Part shown: positions 28,319-39,288 of the stretch, piece after piece | Numbering within the stretch: the first letter of the stretch is position 1 | How the letters are laid out: each line of letters starts with the position of its first letter | Source: SAR324 cluster bacterium | Lineage (GTDB): Bacteria > SAR324 > NAC60-12 | Direction: 5' to 3' | NCBI GenBank assembly: GCA_015232315.1 | Contig: JADFZZ010000021.1 | Coordinates: forward strand, 2,006-66,005 | DNA: 64,000 nt | Notes under the pieces: model-generated | Databases searched by the model: none | Told to the model about the DNA's origin: nothing | What the model saw: the letters and a program-made list of their open reading frames with translations, nothing else | Position numbers and translations under genes: made by a program

Positions 28319-29515
28319 TTATTCAGCTTTTATTGAAATTCCTTCCATGTTTTCAAATTGGGCTTGAAGTCCCCAGCCATTGAACAGCATTTTATCTTCA
28401 GTAACGGCTAAACACAGTTCATTATTTCCTTCCTTGAGTGGGAGATACAATTCGTAGAACAATCCCATCGTTCCTAAAAATCTATAATCTCTTGAACTCT
28501 CTTTATTGTTGCCGGAAAAGAGCAACTGGTCATTCAGATAGACCTTCACCTCATCGTTGAATCCAAACTTCAGTTTTTTGATTTGGGCGGTTTTGGCGGA
28601 AATGACTATTTTTGCGAAAACCGTATCGTTGTCTTTTACAAGCCCCTGGACTTTGGCGAGATTGATTAAACCGGAACCTTCGCTGTCGTATGTTTTCCAA
28701 CTGAGGCCTTGTTTATCCGCATTTTCAAGAGCAATTTTATTTTCCAGAAATTTTTGAGGGAAAGCCTTGGAAACCGACCAGGAGGCCACGGCTCCCTCAA
28801 GCCTGGTTTCTTCTTTGAAGGTAGTTGCTTTAAGGATGGGCATACCCTTTGTAAAACTGAAATTGGCGAAACGTACAGGTAGTCCTAGTGCCCATAACAT
28901 AACGCCACCTGGTGCGCTTTCGCGTTTTAATGTTACGGCTATGGCTGGTGTCGCCATGTCCTGGATATACATTTCAGCTTTATCATCCGCCAGGAGAATT
29001 TTGACATGCACAAATTCATTCAAGGGATATTGATTGTTTGAACCATATCCCTTTTCAGGTGAATATAATTGCCAGCTTTGCAACCCATTGAAAAAGGTCT
29101 GATATTGACTGGCATCCGGATTTCCGGATTGGTGTCCACGAAGATAAAAATGTTCGAAATTTTCTGAATCCTGGGCACGGAAGATAAGTCCCCCCATTGT
29201 TCTTCCAGTGGCTAAACTAATCGAAGGGAAGGCTAGATCGAATTCAATTGTTCCATTTGCGAGTCCCTCATTTTTTAATATAGCCAATCCATTTTGAAGA
29301 AGCAGACTTTTTCCCCCCTGAAAATCCTCCACTGTAGAAGCAAAAGGTAAAAAGGGCATCATTTCAACGATGTTCCACTTTTCAGGATCAAAAGCGGGAA
29401 TCATGGAATTTTGTGGAGTGACTGTTGGGGTTGTTGGTGTATTCGCACTACAACTTCCGATAAGTAAGATAAAAATCGAAATGAAGGTGATTATTCTAAA
29501 TTGTATTTGTTTCAT
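28319..29515 (-). CDS. Hypothetical lipoprotein.
   Basis: The likely start is M39 (MKQIQFRIITFISIFILLIGSC, signal peptide plus lipobox). There is no recognisable family. Confidence 0.45.
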   Translation of the reverse strand: MKQIQFRIITFISIFILLIGSCSANTPTTPTVTPQNSMIPAFDPEKWNIVEMMPFLPFASTVEDFQGGKSLLLQNGLAILKNEGLANGTIEFDLAFPSISLATGRTMGGLIFRAQDSENFEHFYLRGHQSGNPDASQYQTFFNGLQSWQLYSPEKGYGSNNQYPLNEFVHVKILLADDKAEMYIQDMATPAIAVTLKRESAPGGVMLWALGLPVRFANFSFTKGMPILKATTFKEETRLEGAVASWSVSKAFPQKFLENKIALENADKQGLSWKTYDSEGSGLINLAKVQGLVKDNDTVFAKIVISAKTAQIKKLKFGFNDEVKVYLNDQLLFSGNNKESSRDYRFLGTMGLFYELYLPLKEGNNELCLAVTEDKMLFNGWGLQAQFENMEGISIKAE

Positions 29516-29687
29516 ATAAATCTCCTGAATAAAGGAATGGTTGTAAACGCTACAACGGGTGAATAAAAAAATTTTGAGAATGGGGAACGTGGTTTGGAAT
29601 ATCCACAGGAAAATGCAAACGCCTGGCAATTCTTGCGGATCTTCTTGAAGAAAAACGATGCCGACATTTTAAGTGATGTCGCTGATT

Positions 29688-29891
29688 TTAATCTTGTTGT
29701 GAAATGGTAAGTTGTTGTCCTGATTTTTTGGGCTGAAACAAATAAAAGAAAAACGCCATCAAGGGGGGCGTAAGCACCAGACTCAGCAGAAAAATTCCCA
29801 AGAAGCCGATTTTGCTTTTTCTGCCGTAAAAGCCCACCAAACCGCTTAACAATATCCAACCACCTAGCAAAATTACAAATTTTAATGTCAT
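29688..29891 (-). CDS. Small (67 aa) two-TM membrane protein.
   Basis: Strong SD (AAGGAG) 6 nt upstream of the ATG. There are two hydrophobic helices. Confidence 0.4.
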   Translation of the reverse strand: MTLKFVILLGGWILLSGLVGFYGRKSKIGFLGIFLLSLVLTPPLMAFFFYLFQPKKSGQQLTISQQD

Positions 29892-29914
29892 ATATTCTCC
29901 TTTGAATCAGAAAA

Positions 29915-31087
29915 TCAGGGCTGTAAAATAGTGCGGTAAATCGTATCAGCAATCGACAGCACATCAAATGGAATTTCAAAATCGTACGTTTCTGAAACAG
30001 CACGATTCAACGCAATGATTTCATGAAAATCATATTGTTGTGAAATATTTCTCAAGGGAACTCCATCAATCGCCTGTATAATAATTTTTGCGTAAATACC
30101 GCCCAATTCTATGGGACGATATGGTTCCAGCGTCATCAATACCCCATATTTCACCAGTTCTGAACCCTGATCTGAAAAAGTAGGAATTCCCTGTTTATGG
30201 AGAATATTCACCAAACTGCCAATGTTATCAATAGCGATTCCCCGGTGTTCCGTGAAATACATGCTTTGGATTTCTTTTGAAGCGAGCTCAAGCACACAAT
30301 CATACATTTTTGTTTTAGCCAGAGTGATATGAATGGTCGCATTGGGAATATGACAGGGAACAATGCGAAACCCATACTCCAGAGAAACATCCTCAATCTC
30401 TTTCAATCCGGCTGAAATGCGGCCAGTTGGCGAGTCTTCATAAATCATCCCCATTGTTTTAAATTTATATAAATCATGAAAAAAAGTTACTTTCTTTGCA
30501 GTGAAAGCCCCCAAATCAAGTGAGAAGACATTGTCCCTTTCACTGAAATTGTTGCCTTTTACAATACCAAGATTTCTTGCATGCGGGCTTTCCAACACCA
30601 GTAATGGAATTTGTGGATCGGTATTTGTCAGCGCCAGAGCGGCCTCCGGCCCCATCACAATCAGTAAATCTGGTTTTTGAGTGCTTTGACTCAGTGCTTC
30701 AATTTTTTTGATTTCCTGTTGTTTCTGCTCTTCTTTCCATTGAGAGGAATAAAAAAAGTCTGGAGCAAAACGGATTTTCTCATTGGACAAATTTGCCGAG
30801 GCCCACTTCCATAAAGCTTGGGTATCCACGGGATTTCCCAATTTTGGAATTTTTGTACGAGTAAGCCACCCCTCTTCCATCAATCCATAAAAGATGACTT
30901 GAAGCAAGGCTTTATAGTTACTTAAAGGGCCACTTTCAAAATAGGCTATCGTATAGACTTTCGGGGGGATTGATTCTGATTGTTCTTGAGCGAACAACAG
31001 ATAATTTCCAGTAAAAACAGGAATTATCGCACAGCAAAAGGCAATTGCGATTCGGAATAATTTTTGATCAATAAATATTTTTCCCAC
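29915..31087 (-). CDS. Periplasmic substrate-binding-protein-like protein (ABC_sub_bind / PBP-like).
   Basis: N-terminal signal or TM segment. An alternating beta-alpha pattern (YTIAYFESGP, LLIVMGPEAALAL) is reminiscent of type-I periplasmic binding proteins. Family call is tentative. Confidence 0.4.
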   Translation of the reverse strand: MGKIFIDQKLFRIAIAFCCAIIPVFTGNYLLFAQEQSESIPPKVYTIAYFESGPLSNYKALLQVIFYGLMEEGWLTRTKIPKLGNPVDTQALWKWASANLSNEKIRFAPDFFYSSQWKEEQKQQEIKKIEALSQSTQKPDLLIVMGPEAALALTNTDPQIPLLVLESPHARNLGIVKGNNFSERDNVFSLDLGAFTAKKVTFFHDLYKFKTMGMIYEDSPTGRISAGLKEIEDVSLEYGFRIVPCHIPNATIHITLAKTKMYDCVLELASKEIQSMYFTEHRGIAIDNIGSLVNILHKQGIPTFSDQGSELVKYGVLMTLEPYRPIELGGIYAKIIIQAIDGVPLRNISQQYDFHEIIALNRAVSETYDFEIPFDVLSIADTIYRTILQP

Positions 31088-31090
31088 AGA

Positions 31091-31495
31091 CTACCAGTAA
31101 TAATCAATCAAACACTTTTTGACACACTCTGTTTCTACTTTCACACAAGGTTCAGAGTGAAGTTCCAGCTCGAGGTCACCTCTGCATAAAGCCAGTTCAA
31201 TCGGGCATTCCCGTAAACAAATAAGAAATTTGCCCAATTGAGGTTTTCCTTTGCCTTTCTGCGCCGTCAGCAAAATATTTCTCATATATTGCTTCCTGCA
31301 ATCCCTCAATCGGGTATTCAGATCGCCATGACTCGTAAAGCATTGTTCCCGCTCCTTGATGATCGTCCGGGTTTGCTCCAGAATCTCGCTCACAGTAATC
31401 GTTTCATTCGCATGAATCTGACTGTTTCCTGATATACCTGTCAGCCCTATCAGAATAAATGTGCTTAAACACAAAAAATCGCGCATATTTTTCAT
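31091..31495 (-). CDS. Small secreted cysteine-rich protein (134 aa, 8 Cys).
   Basis: Signal peptide MKNMRDFLCLSTFILIGLTGISG. No family recognised. Confidence 0.4.
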   Translation of the reverse strand: MKNMRDFLCLSTFILIGLTGISGNSQIHANETITVSEILEQTRTIIKEREQCFTSHGDLNTRLRDCRKQYMRNILLTAQKGKGKPQLGKFLICLRECPIELALCRGDLELELHSEPCVKVETECVKKCLIDYYW

Positions 31496-31507
31496 AGGTT
31501 ATACACG

Positions 31508-32494
31508 TTAATTCCCTGATGCGGCTTTTTTTGTATTGTCCGGTTTAGGCAACGGAACAACTTTGGCGGGAACAGTAGGGGAATCTGTGTTGTTGTCATT
31601 TTTTTTAGCATCCGGAACAGTCTTGGTCTGCGGTTGTTGGTCATTTTCGGCACTTAAAATGATAGGGAGCGATTTTCCATCATTTCCAACAATAATCACT
31701 TTGCTGTTGGTAGAACTCGCCAGTTTGAGTGTGGCCTGGATGCCTTTCCATTTGAGGTATCGGTCACTCAGTGTGCTGGTCACAATTTCCTGAAACCTGG
31801 AAATTCCGGTAGCTTCAATTTCCAGTCGCTTCAATTCCTGCCGTTCTTTTTCCAACAGAAACTGATATTGCAGAAACTGCTGTTCATACCGTAATTTGGT
31901 TTCAATGGCTGTATTGATGAGGTCGGGCAGTCGGATATTCCTGATAATGATATCAACAAACACGATCGGCATATCGCTATTTTGTTCGACGGCTTCAATG
32001 AGCATGTCATTTTGAAATTCATCAATTCGGCTTTTATACAACTCTTCAGGCCGATATTGTCCAATTATTTCTCTGACAGATGAAATGGTGACAGGATTCA
32101 CAATTTTATCCTCATATTCCGGACCAACCTTTTTATGAAGTTTGGGGAGTTGTTCGTATTCCAGATAAAATCTGACTGAAACCTCCAGAATGATGGTCAA
32201 ACCATCTGAGCTCAACACAGAGGTCGTAATGCGACGCTCCTGAACACGCGTGTCATAAACGTGCATGACGTTCAGGGGAAATATGACATGGGTGCCTTCA
32301 CCATACACCGTTGTCATGTCTGTTCCGCCGAGAAATCTACGGTATAACACCCCCCCTTCGCCGGAACCAACTGTTACAAAGACAAATTGAAACAAATAGG
32401 CCAGCAGGAACAAACAAACAGATCCAATCAGGATACCTGTAAAAAACAGGTTATCCCGATTATTTTTCAACCATAACTTTACGCCTGTGCTCAT
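31508..32494 (-). CDS. SPFH/band-7 (prohibitin/stomatin-like) membrane protein.
   Basis: N-terminal TM helix, SPFH core (GGVLYRRFLGG..., RITTSVLSSDGLTIILEVSVRF), a coiled-coil segment and a Pro/Lys-rich tail. Confidence 0.8.
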   Translation of the reverse strand: MSTGVKLWLKNNRDNLFFTGILIGSVCLFLLAYLFQFVFVTVGSGEGGVLYRRFLGGTDMTTVYGEGTHVIFPLNVMHVYDTRVQERRITTSVLSSDGLTIILEVSVRFYLEYEQLPKLHKKVGPEYEDKIVNPVTISSVREIIGQYRPEELYKSRIDEFQNDMLIEAVEQNSDMPIVFVDIIIRNIRLPDLINTAIETKLRYEQQFLQYQFLLEKERQELKRLEIEATGISRFQEIVTSTLSDRYLKWKGIQATLKLASSTNSKVIIVGNDGKSLPIILSAENDQQPQTKTVPDAKKNDNNTDSPTVPAKVVPLPKPDNTKKAASGN

Positions 32495-33120
32495 ACAGCA
32501 GACGCTTCAGGCTTGGTGGTATCTGGAGTTGCGGCCTTCTCCTCCGCGGATTCTTTTTTGTTTGGTTTTAATTTTTTCACTAAAGTTTTCCCTTTTTCCA
32601 ACATATCCTTGTAGTAGCCTTTGTATTTTTCAGGATCAAAATTCAGAAAATCTCCTCCTGATTCAAAATGTCGGACAAATACCCGACCAACCGCATAGGT
32701 GGAGGCTCCAGCAAACATTGGAAAAGAAACAATTCCCACGGCTGTTCCCCAAACTGGAAAAACTTTTAACATGCTAAAGCTGATTTTTCCCAAGGCATCG
32801 GTTCCAATTCCGCCAATAAGTGCCGCAGTCAAATTCTTTCCAGTATTTTTATTAAAAGAAACCTCATATAACGCTGAAATTTCTGACAGCATTTTTATCT
32901 GCACTGCGCTCACTGCCACAATGTCTACAAGAGGTAGAGGAATGGCCCCGCCACCCATCGACCAGAGAACATTGCGATGAATGATCAGATCGGCCTTCAT
33001 TTCTTTTTCTGAGGACACCTTTTCCTTGGTTGAGGTTTCCGTCGAATTTGTTTCTGTTTCGGAAGAAACCGGTGTTTTGGATGTGGTTCTCGATTTTTTC
33101 GCTTCATTATTATCAGCCAT
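32491..33120 (-). CDS. Hypothetical membrane-associated protein. The terminal regions are acidic and lysine-rich.
   Basis: 209 aa. Overlaps the SPFH gene by 4 nt. The central hydrophobic region is SMGGGAIPLPLVDIVAVSAVQI. The family is uncertain, possibly DUF697-like. Confidence 0.45.
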   Translation of the reverse strand: MADNNEAKKSRTTSKTPVSSETETNSTETSTKEKVSSEKEMKADLIIHRNVLWSMGGGAIPLPLVDIVAVSAVQIKMLSEISALYEVSFNKNTGKNLTAALIGGIGTDALGKISFSMLKVFPVWGTAVGIVSFPMFAGASTYAVGRVFVRHFESGGDFLNFDPEKYKGYYKDMLEKGKTLVKKLKPNKKESAEEKAATPDTTKPEASAV

Positions 33121-33488
33121 ATAACTCCTTTTCGTAGGTCATCATATTAAAAATCCTGTTTCCGTAACTGCTGAAAACAGAAAAGGGTTCAATTCAAAAC
33201 ACAGATGAGCATCCGGTTTTCTGGAAGCCGGATTAAGTGCACCATGACAAATTTTTACTCCAATTTCAACATTGATTTTATAATATTTATTTCAACTTCG
33301 GATTCGTATGGCACAGGTTAAAAAAAGTGAGTCTGCTACCCAAGATTTGTTTTGAGCATTCTAATTACCCGATCAAAAGTTTTTTAACATTAATCTGGTT
33401 CCTGACCTCTCGTGCTGAACGTGTTATTTCGAACCGAAGGCGAGAAATCTTGAAAAAAACTACGCATTTCTAACTTGGTTTGGTTTAG

Positions 33489-33947
33489 TTACAATATTTT
33501 TTTTTCAAAAGAAACTCCCGCTTCATTCTCGAGTCGTCGCAGTGTTTCGCCAAGATAGAACATCACATCCTGTAACGGTTTTTCATTGTCTTGCAGGAAA
33601 CGATAAAAATCGTCACTTTCCAGATACAGTAACGTACATTTTTCCAAGCATAAAATCGTATATTTCGCAGGTTGGGGGGTGAGCAATTCGAAGCACCCCC
33701 AATACTCACCCTTTTGCAGGATTCCATATTCATTTTCAAGGCCGATCTGACACCGACCATCAATCAACATAAACAGTTTTGTGTTCATTCGGTCTTTTTC
33801 TGTCACCATGGTTTCCGCTTCAATTATTAACAGATGCAGAAATTCACTGATTGTGACCAGATATTCCTCTGGAATCCATTGAAACAGAGGAATTTGTTTC
33901 AACCATTCAATTTTATCGATTTTCAGCAATTTCGGGGTGTCATTCAT
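33489..33947 (-). CDS. Stand-alone cyclic-nucleotide-binding (CAP effector) domain protein with no DNA-binding domain.
   Basis: 152 aa. cNMP-binding fold motifs LFMLIDGRCQIG...GEYWGCFELL. Overlaps the upstream gene by 4 nt (ATGA). Confidence 0.7.
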   Translation of the reverse strand: MNDTPKLLKIDKIEWLKQIPLFQWIPEEYLVTISEFLHLLIIEAETMVTEKDRMNTKLFMLIDGRCQIGLENEYGILQKGEYWGCFELLTPQPAKYTILCLEKCTLLYLESDDFYRFLQDNEKPLQDVMFYLGETLRRLENEAGVSFEKKIL

Positions 33948-36900
33948 TCCGGTATTTCCTGCTCATGAGAGATTTGAATTGCCAGACGAATCAGGTGCTG
34001 ACTGGAGGACTGGGCCCATTCCTTCATTTCCCGCTTATACAAATCCGGATCCAGAACAGATAGTCCCCAAATTGCTGTTTCCTGAATTAACGAATCAGAA
34101 TCTCTGGCAAGTTGTTGGATGTCAGCGATATCATCAGTCTGTTGTTCATTGACAAGGTGTTTCAACGCCAGACTGCGTGTCCAGGAACGAAAAGTGTTTT
34201 GAGTGTCAAACGCAATCTGACGAATCCATTTCTGGGAGGCTTGTCTTTTGGGAAAAGATTGTTTCATTTTTTTTATCAGTAGGTCCAATTCAAATTCCAG
34301 TAAAACGCCTTCAAGCCATTCAAACTCAGTCAAATCAGAATATTTTCGTAATACGACTGCCACGTCATTCTTATCTGTTTTTGATAATGAAATGTTCGGA
34401 AAACGATAACTCTGAAATTCCCAATCCCTCATGCGACTGTCCGGTTCCGCAATTCCCAGTAATATAAAAATTCTGGTGCGGTTATAGGTGACATCCTTTG
34501 CCAGGGATCGCCGAAGTTCCAACATCGAATCATCGATTTTGAGATCTTTATAGGCGGTAAGCACAAGTTTTAAGTCATTTATTTCAATTTTTATCCATGA
34601 CTCCAGATGTTCTCTTATAATTTCCTGGTTGAGCAGAGGTGTTCGTTGCAAGGCACGCAGTATCTCAGAACGTATTGTCCCATCCGTAACCGAAGAACCC
34701 TTTAAGAGGAGTTCACGCTGGCTACGTTTGGAAACAGAGCCTAAGGCCTGTGCGGCTTTCAGTCTTCTAGCCTTTAGCTCTGCGGCATCAAGCAGAATTT
34801 CAACAAACCAATCCACACTTGCTGAGTCATAGGCGGCCACATATTCCGGAGTTCGCAGATAATCCATGAAAGTGATTTTTTCCAGGGCATCTCTGGCCAT
34901 TCTGAAAACCAGGCCTGTCGAGTTATCCAGTAAAGGCACAACATATTCTGCCAGGGCCGTGGGCTTGCATCGTGCAAGAGCCCAGATCGCTGTTTCCTGC
35001 TGGATATCATGGTTTGCCTTCAACGCGTGTACAATATCATTGCCTAAGTGTGTCAATTGCATGTCTCCTATCATATAAAGAGCACAGGCTTTTGTCCAGG
35101 ACGCCGTATACTGATCGGACCGTTGAATGATTTCACGCAAACGTTCTTCTCTCCCCAAAGTCTCAGTAGGAAATATTGCCCGCAATTGAGTCAGCCTGGT
35201 TTCATCGTCCAGCTCCTCCAGCAGTGGAAATAACATTTTTTCCAAGGATTTCGGCAACAACACAGCCAGACTATGGATGACCTCCCTGTTGTCTTTCCCT
35301 GAAAGGTACAACTCGAAAGTCGATTTTATTTTTTGTCTGGGATAAATGAAGCTCATCAGCAGAAAAATACGTTCAACATTTTTCCTGATTTCATTCCGTA
35401 ACGCATTGACCAGCAATTTTCCAGAAAGGATATCGCCAATGTCACGGATTGCGGCCAATGTCCAGACAGCGTCCTTCACTTCATCCTTAATCCGATCCTG
35501 AATCTCAGTGATTTTCTTCCTGGGTAGAGAGTATTCCCGTTTTTGCAGGGATTCATAGATATGATGACGAACATCTTCATCGGGATAATCAAAATTTTCC
35601 ACGAGTATTCGCAAACTCTGCTCATCTTTCATTTTCCCGAACAGGAACACCAACTTGGAAAGCAGTGCTTCCGATTGATCGGGACTATAAAACCGTTCTT
35701 TAAGGAGCGGAACCACGGTTTTACCACCATTGATCAATGCTCTGGTCGCAGAATGATACAAAGCTGGAATTTCCAGCGAGTCAATGACCACAGGCCATAA
35801 TTTTTCATGGCCCATGGTTCCTGCCGCTCTAATTGCGGATTTCCGAACGTTGATATCCGGATCTTTCAATAAAATCAACAGGGTGTGATAGTAGCCTGAA
35901 ATCCCCACTTTCTCCAGAATTTTACACACAAATTTCCGGTCCGACGGATTCGCGGACACAATCAACTGGTTCAACTTTTCCCCGGCGGCTACAGCACCTG
36001 TCAGGCCGCCGCTTTTGAGTAATCCGATAAAAGCCCCTTTTCTGACGTGTACTGAAGAATCAGTCAGGGCAGACAAAACCTTATTGAAGGTCTCCATGTT
36101 GGTGGAATCACCCAGAATAGCCATTGTTTCCAAGATGACGCCCCTGACATTCGGTTCAGGTTCTGTGTCTAGCAGTGACTCCAGATCCCAGAGCAATCCT
36201 GTAACAGCGAATTGTTGGATCAGTCTGATCACTTCCAAGCGAACATCAGGATCAGAATGAGATAGATAGTGTTTTAGAAAAGATTCTAATTCAGGATCTT
36301 TAATATTTCCCAACGCACCCAGAATCAGAACAATTTGACTTGGTAATGAATCAGGCAATATTTCCTTCAGATATTGAATATTGGAGGCGTCTTTCAGCTC
36401 AGAATCAATAATCCCATGATGCTGAAATGATTCTTTCAATAATTTCTGATATTTTTTGCTCAAATCATAAATCCCGCCTAACCATAGCACCGAAATGACC
36501 AGGGCGGCTGTCAGCAGGGCATACACCATGAGAGAAAAATAGTAAGAAACCGCAATTAAAACAATTCCTGTAAGGCCAGCGGCAAACCTTATGACAATTG
36601 TTTCCGCAAGGGTTTGGGTTTGATCGCGATCTCCGGGGGATAAAAACTCAAATAATTTTTCTGAAGAAGGTTTGAATAAAGAACTATGCAGAAATCTCTC
36701 CATAAACCGGATGGTACAAATCAACACGAAAATCAGATTTTCACCCGCGGATAATAAGCCCAGGAATACTACCACTCCGGACCCGATGACCAGTGAAATG
36801 GGCAACACTGCCAATTTCACAAACAGATTCAATTGTGCGGGCCACTTTGTTGTCCACACATGATACAACAGATTGACAGCGCCAATGGAGGCCATGAAAT

Positions 36901-37693
36901 AAGCGAGGAAAACCGCGAAATCAGGAGGATATATGAATTGATTCTGAGCTCTTTTGAAGAAAGAAAGATCAATCAGATAATAGCTGATAATAGACAGACT
37001 CAATACGGCAAATACTGTTTGAATGTAAGTATCCCGGAAGAGTTCACGAACTGTTCTGCTCGGATAAGATACTTTTTTTATGATTTTGATTTGCTGAGTC
37101 TGGTGGCTGTTCAGAAGGTAAATTGAGAGGCCCCAGCCAATCATGATGCCTACAAAGGATAATAGAAACAGATACGGCGTACCCATGATTTTCAATAGCC
37201 ATGGTATGCTGAGTCCGCCCATAATGATCGCGATGATTTCGCCTGTTTCCAATATGGGACGCAGATTTTTGATTTGACGGACATTAAAAATTTTTGGAAC
37301 AAGTAATTCCCAGTAGAGTAAATATCCCATCACAAACTCTACCTCAAACCAGACCAGCGCGACAAAAACAGTCCATTTCTCAACACGGAGCGTCACCAAC
37401 CCGAAAACCAGCAATGTCATGAACGCAAACCCACCAATCCATAACATCAGCAGGGTCCGCACCGAAAAACTCCTTCTGAGGCGTAAAAAAATCCAGCCGG
37501 TGAGCGGGATGACAATCGCAAGCGAGGCATAAACCAGTGGCAGTTTATCCGCGCCATAACGGACAATAAACAGGGTTTGTGCGGCTGTGCCTGTATAGAT
37601 CCAGGGCACTCCCATGAACATAAAAGAGAACAATACGAGTAACAGTGTTGTGGATTGTTCTTCTGGATGAATCAATTTATCGAGCCATTTCAT
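33944..37693 (-). CDS. 1249-aa fusion protein: an N-terminal 12-TM transporter-like domain (MFS/TLC nucleotide-transporter-like) joined to a C-terminal HEAT/armadillo (PBS-lyase-like) repeat domain.
   Basis: About 12 hydrophobic helices in the first 430 aa. Downstream are repeated motifs of the type DPDVRLEVIRLIQQF, DPDINVRKSAIRAAGTMG and DEDVRHHIYESL, typical of HEAT repeats. ATGA overlap with the ABC transporter gene. Confidence 0.55.
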   Translation of the reverse strand: MKWLDKLIHPEEQSTTLLLVLFSFMFMGVPWIYTGTAAQTLFIVRYGADKLPLVYASLAIVIPLTGWIFLRLRRSFSVRTLLMLWIGGFAFMTLLVFGLVTLRVEKWTVFVALVWFEVEFVMGYLLYWELLVPKIFNVRQIKNLRPILETGEIIAIIMGGLSIPWLLKIMGTPYLFLLSFVGIMIGWGLSIYLLNSHQTQQIKIIKKVSYPSRTVRELFRDTYIQTVFAVLSLSIISYYLIDLSFFKRAQNQFIYPPDFAVFLAYFMASIGAVNLLYHVWTTKWPAQLNLFVKLAVLPISLVIGSGVVVFLGLLSAGENLIFVLICTIRFMERFLHSSLFKPSSEKLFEFLSPGDRDQTQTLAETIVIRFAAGLTGIVLIAVSYYFSLMVYALLTAALVISVLWLGGIYDLSKKYQKLLKESFQHHGIIDSELKDASNIQYLKEILPDSLPSQIVLILGALGNIKDPELESFLKHYLSHSDPDVRLEVIRLIQQFAVTGLLWDLESLLDTEPEPNVRGVILETMAILGDSTNMETFNKVLSALTDSSVHVRKGAFIGLLKSGGLTGAVAAGEKLNQLIVSANPSDRKFVCKILEKVGISGYYHTLLILLKDPDINVRKSAIRAAGTMGHEKLWPVVIDSLEIPALYHSATRALINGGKTVVPLLKERFYSPDQSEALLSKLVFLFGKMKDEQSLRILVENFDYPDEDVRHHIYESLQKREYSLPRKKITEIQDRIKDEVKDAVWTLAAIRDIGDILSGKLLVNALRNEIRKNVERIFLLMSFIYPRQKIKSTFELYLSGKDNREVIHSLAVLLPKSLEKMLFPLLEELDDETRLTQLRAIFPTETLGREERLREIIQRSDQYTASWTKACALYMIGDMQLTHLGNDIVHALKANHDIQQETAIWALARCKPTALAEYVVPLLDNSTGLVFRMARDALEKITFMDYLRTPEYVAAYDSASVDWFVEILLDAAELKARRLKAAQALGSVSKRSQRELLLKGSSVTDGTIRSEILRALQRTPLLNQEIIREHLESWIKIEINDLKLVLTAYKDLKIDDSMLELRRSLAKDVTYNRTRIFILLGIAEPDSRMRDWEFQSYRFPNISLSKTDKNDVAVVLRKYSDLTEFEWLEGVLLEFELDLLIKKMKQSFPKRQASQKWIRQIAFDTQNTFRSWTRSLALKHLVNEQQTDDIADIQQLARDSDSLIQETAIWGLSVLDPDLYKREMKEWAQSSSQHLIRLAIQISHEQEIPE

Positions 37694-39288
37694 GTCACCA
37701 ACTTTCCTTCTTCCATCCTGATCTGTTGATCTGCGAGATCATAATAATGATCATCATGTGAAACCACAATCACGATCTTCCCCCTGGCTTTTAACTGTGG
37801 AAGAAATTCATGATAAAACGCATCCCGAAACACGGGATCCTGATCGGCGGCCCATTCATCGAACACATAGACCGGTTTTTCTTCAATCAAGGCCAGTATC
37901 AAGGCCAGTCGACGTCGCTGGCCTGAAGATAAACTGTAATTTGAAAATTTATCTTCGTGAAATTCAGTTTTATGATCCAGGTGCATTTTAGACAACAATT
38001 CTTTCATTTGATCGGTATTTACGGGCTGGTCAGAATAAACCCTGTCAAACAGATGATAATCAGAAAATACCGCGGAAATCCATTCGCGCTGAACTCCCGC
38101 GGGTATGAGATGGGTGTTTCTGTAAACAGCGCCCTTACCTGGCGTATATAATCCCGTGAGCACTTTCACTAACGTAGATTTTCCGCTGCCATTGCCGCCA
38201 GTGATGAAATAAATATTGCCCGGTTGAAAGGTCAGGTTTATCGGCCCCAGGGTGAACAGGTGTTTCTTCTGAGCATCAAGATATTCAAACTGGATCTCTT
38301 CAAACCGGATCTCAGTCAACTCTTCCTGAACAAACGCTTCAGTGCCGGTCAAGGATTCCTGTCGTAAGTCCATAATTTCATCTTCCAACTCAAGGATCTT
38401 CCGCACAGAAAGGTTTGCAGTGGTTACCAGCGGCACAGCCTCCATCAAACGCCATAAGGGAATATATAAAACAATAGCGACCGCGGCGATCATGACCTCT
38501 TTGGTGATAACGCCGAACGTGGGCAATACATACACCACAATGATGATCAGAAAATTCCAGAACAGGAGGGTAAAGAGGTAATTCTTGTCAAATTCGGTTC
38601 CTACCTTTATTTTGACATCCCTCATTTGATCCAGTTCACGACACAATTCAAGATGATAGTAATCATCATTTTTCGCGTCATTCATGCGCAGTTCCTTAAA
38701 ACCGAAAATCTGATGCTGAATCGCGTTGAAGAGTTGGCGTTCCTGCTCTCGGCCTTTCTCAATAAAGGTTTGAATACTTGTCTGATGCAGATAATAAACA
38801 ACGATACAAACCAGCATAATAAGGGCAGTGATCAGCGCGACCTTGAACGAGATCCAGGCCAGAAAAATCAGAACCCCCAGAAAGATCACAAAATCGGTGA
38901 GCAGATAAGCTAATACATGGGAGGCATCAAGAATAACATCCATATCATAGGTTAACACATTGTTGATCTGGGATTTTTCAATTTTCTCAAAATCCCGCAA
39001 AGAGATTTTTCGTAAATGATCCAGTATTCCGTTGCGTATTTTTTCAAGAATTTCGTGAACCATTTGAAGAAGCTGGTTCTGTTGAAAACGATAGCTGACC
39101 ATCCACAATATCCAGCCTATAATGAACAGATTCGGGCGTATGGATATTTCCTGATTTTCATAATAGGCGATAGAACCAGCCAGAAAAGAAAACAGCCAAC
39201 TCATCAATCCCCCGGTGAGAATGGAGGATCCTATCAATAAACGAAATTTTTCAGGATTATGTTCCTGAAGTAAACGAAGGAGTTCCAT
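37690..39288 (-). CDS. ABC exporter half-transporter (TMD-NBD) of the SyrD/cyclic-peptide-transporter type.
   Basis: N-terminal 6-TM domain. Walker A GGNGSGKST. Signature LSSGQRRRLAL. Walker B region VYVFDEWAADQDPVFR, the family-typical DEWAADQDP motif. Confidence 0.85.
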   Translation of the reverse strand: MELLRLLQEHNPEKFRLLIGSSILTGGLMSWLFSFLAGSIAYYENQEISIRPNLFIIGWILWMVSYRFQQNQLLQMVHEILEKIRNGILDHLRKISLRDFEKIEKSQINNVLTYDMDVILDASHVLAYLLTDFVIFLGVLIFLAWISFKVALITALIMLVCIVVYYLHQTSIQTFIEKGREQERQLFNAIQHQIFGFKELRMNDAKNDDYYHLELCRELDQMRDVKIKVGTEFDKNYLFTLLFWNFLIIIVVYVLPTFGVITKEVMIAAVAIVLYIPLWRLMEAVPLVTTANLSVRKILELEDEIMDLRQESLTGTEAFVQEELTEIRFEEIQFEYLDAQKKHLFTLGPINLTFQPGNIYFITGGNGSGKSTLVKVLTGLYTPGKGAVYRNTHLIPAGVQREWISAVFSDYHLFDRVYSDQPVNTDQMKELLSKMHLDHKTEFHEDKFSNYSLSSGQRRRLALILALIEEKPVYVFDEWAADQDPVFRDAFYHEFLPQLKARGKIVIVVSHDDHYYDLADQQIRMEEGKLVT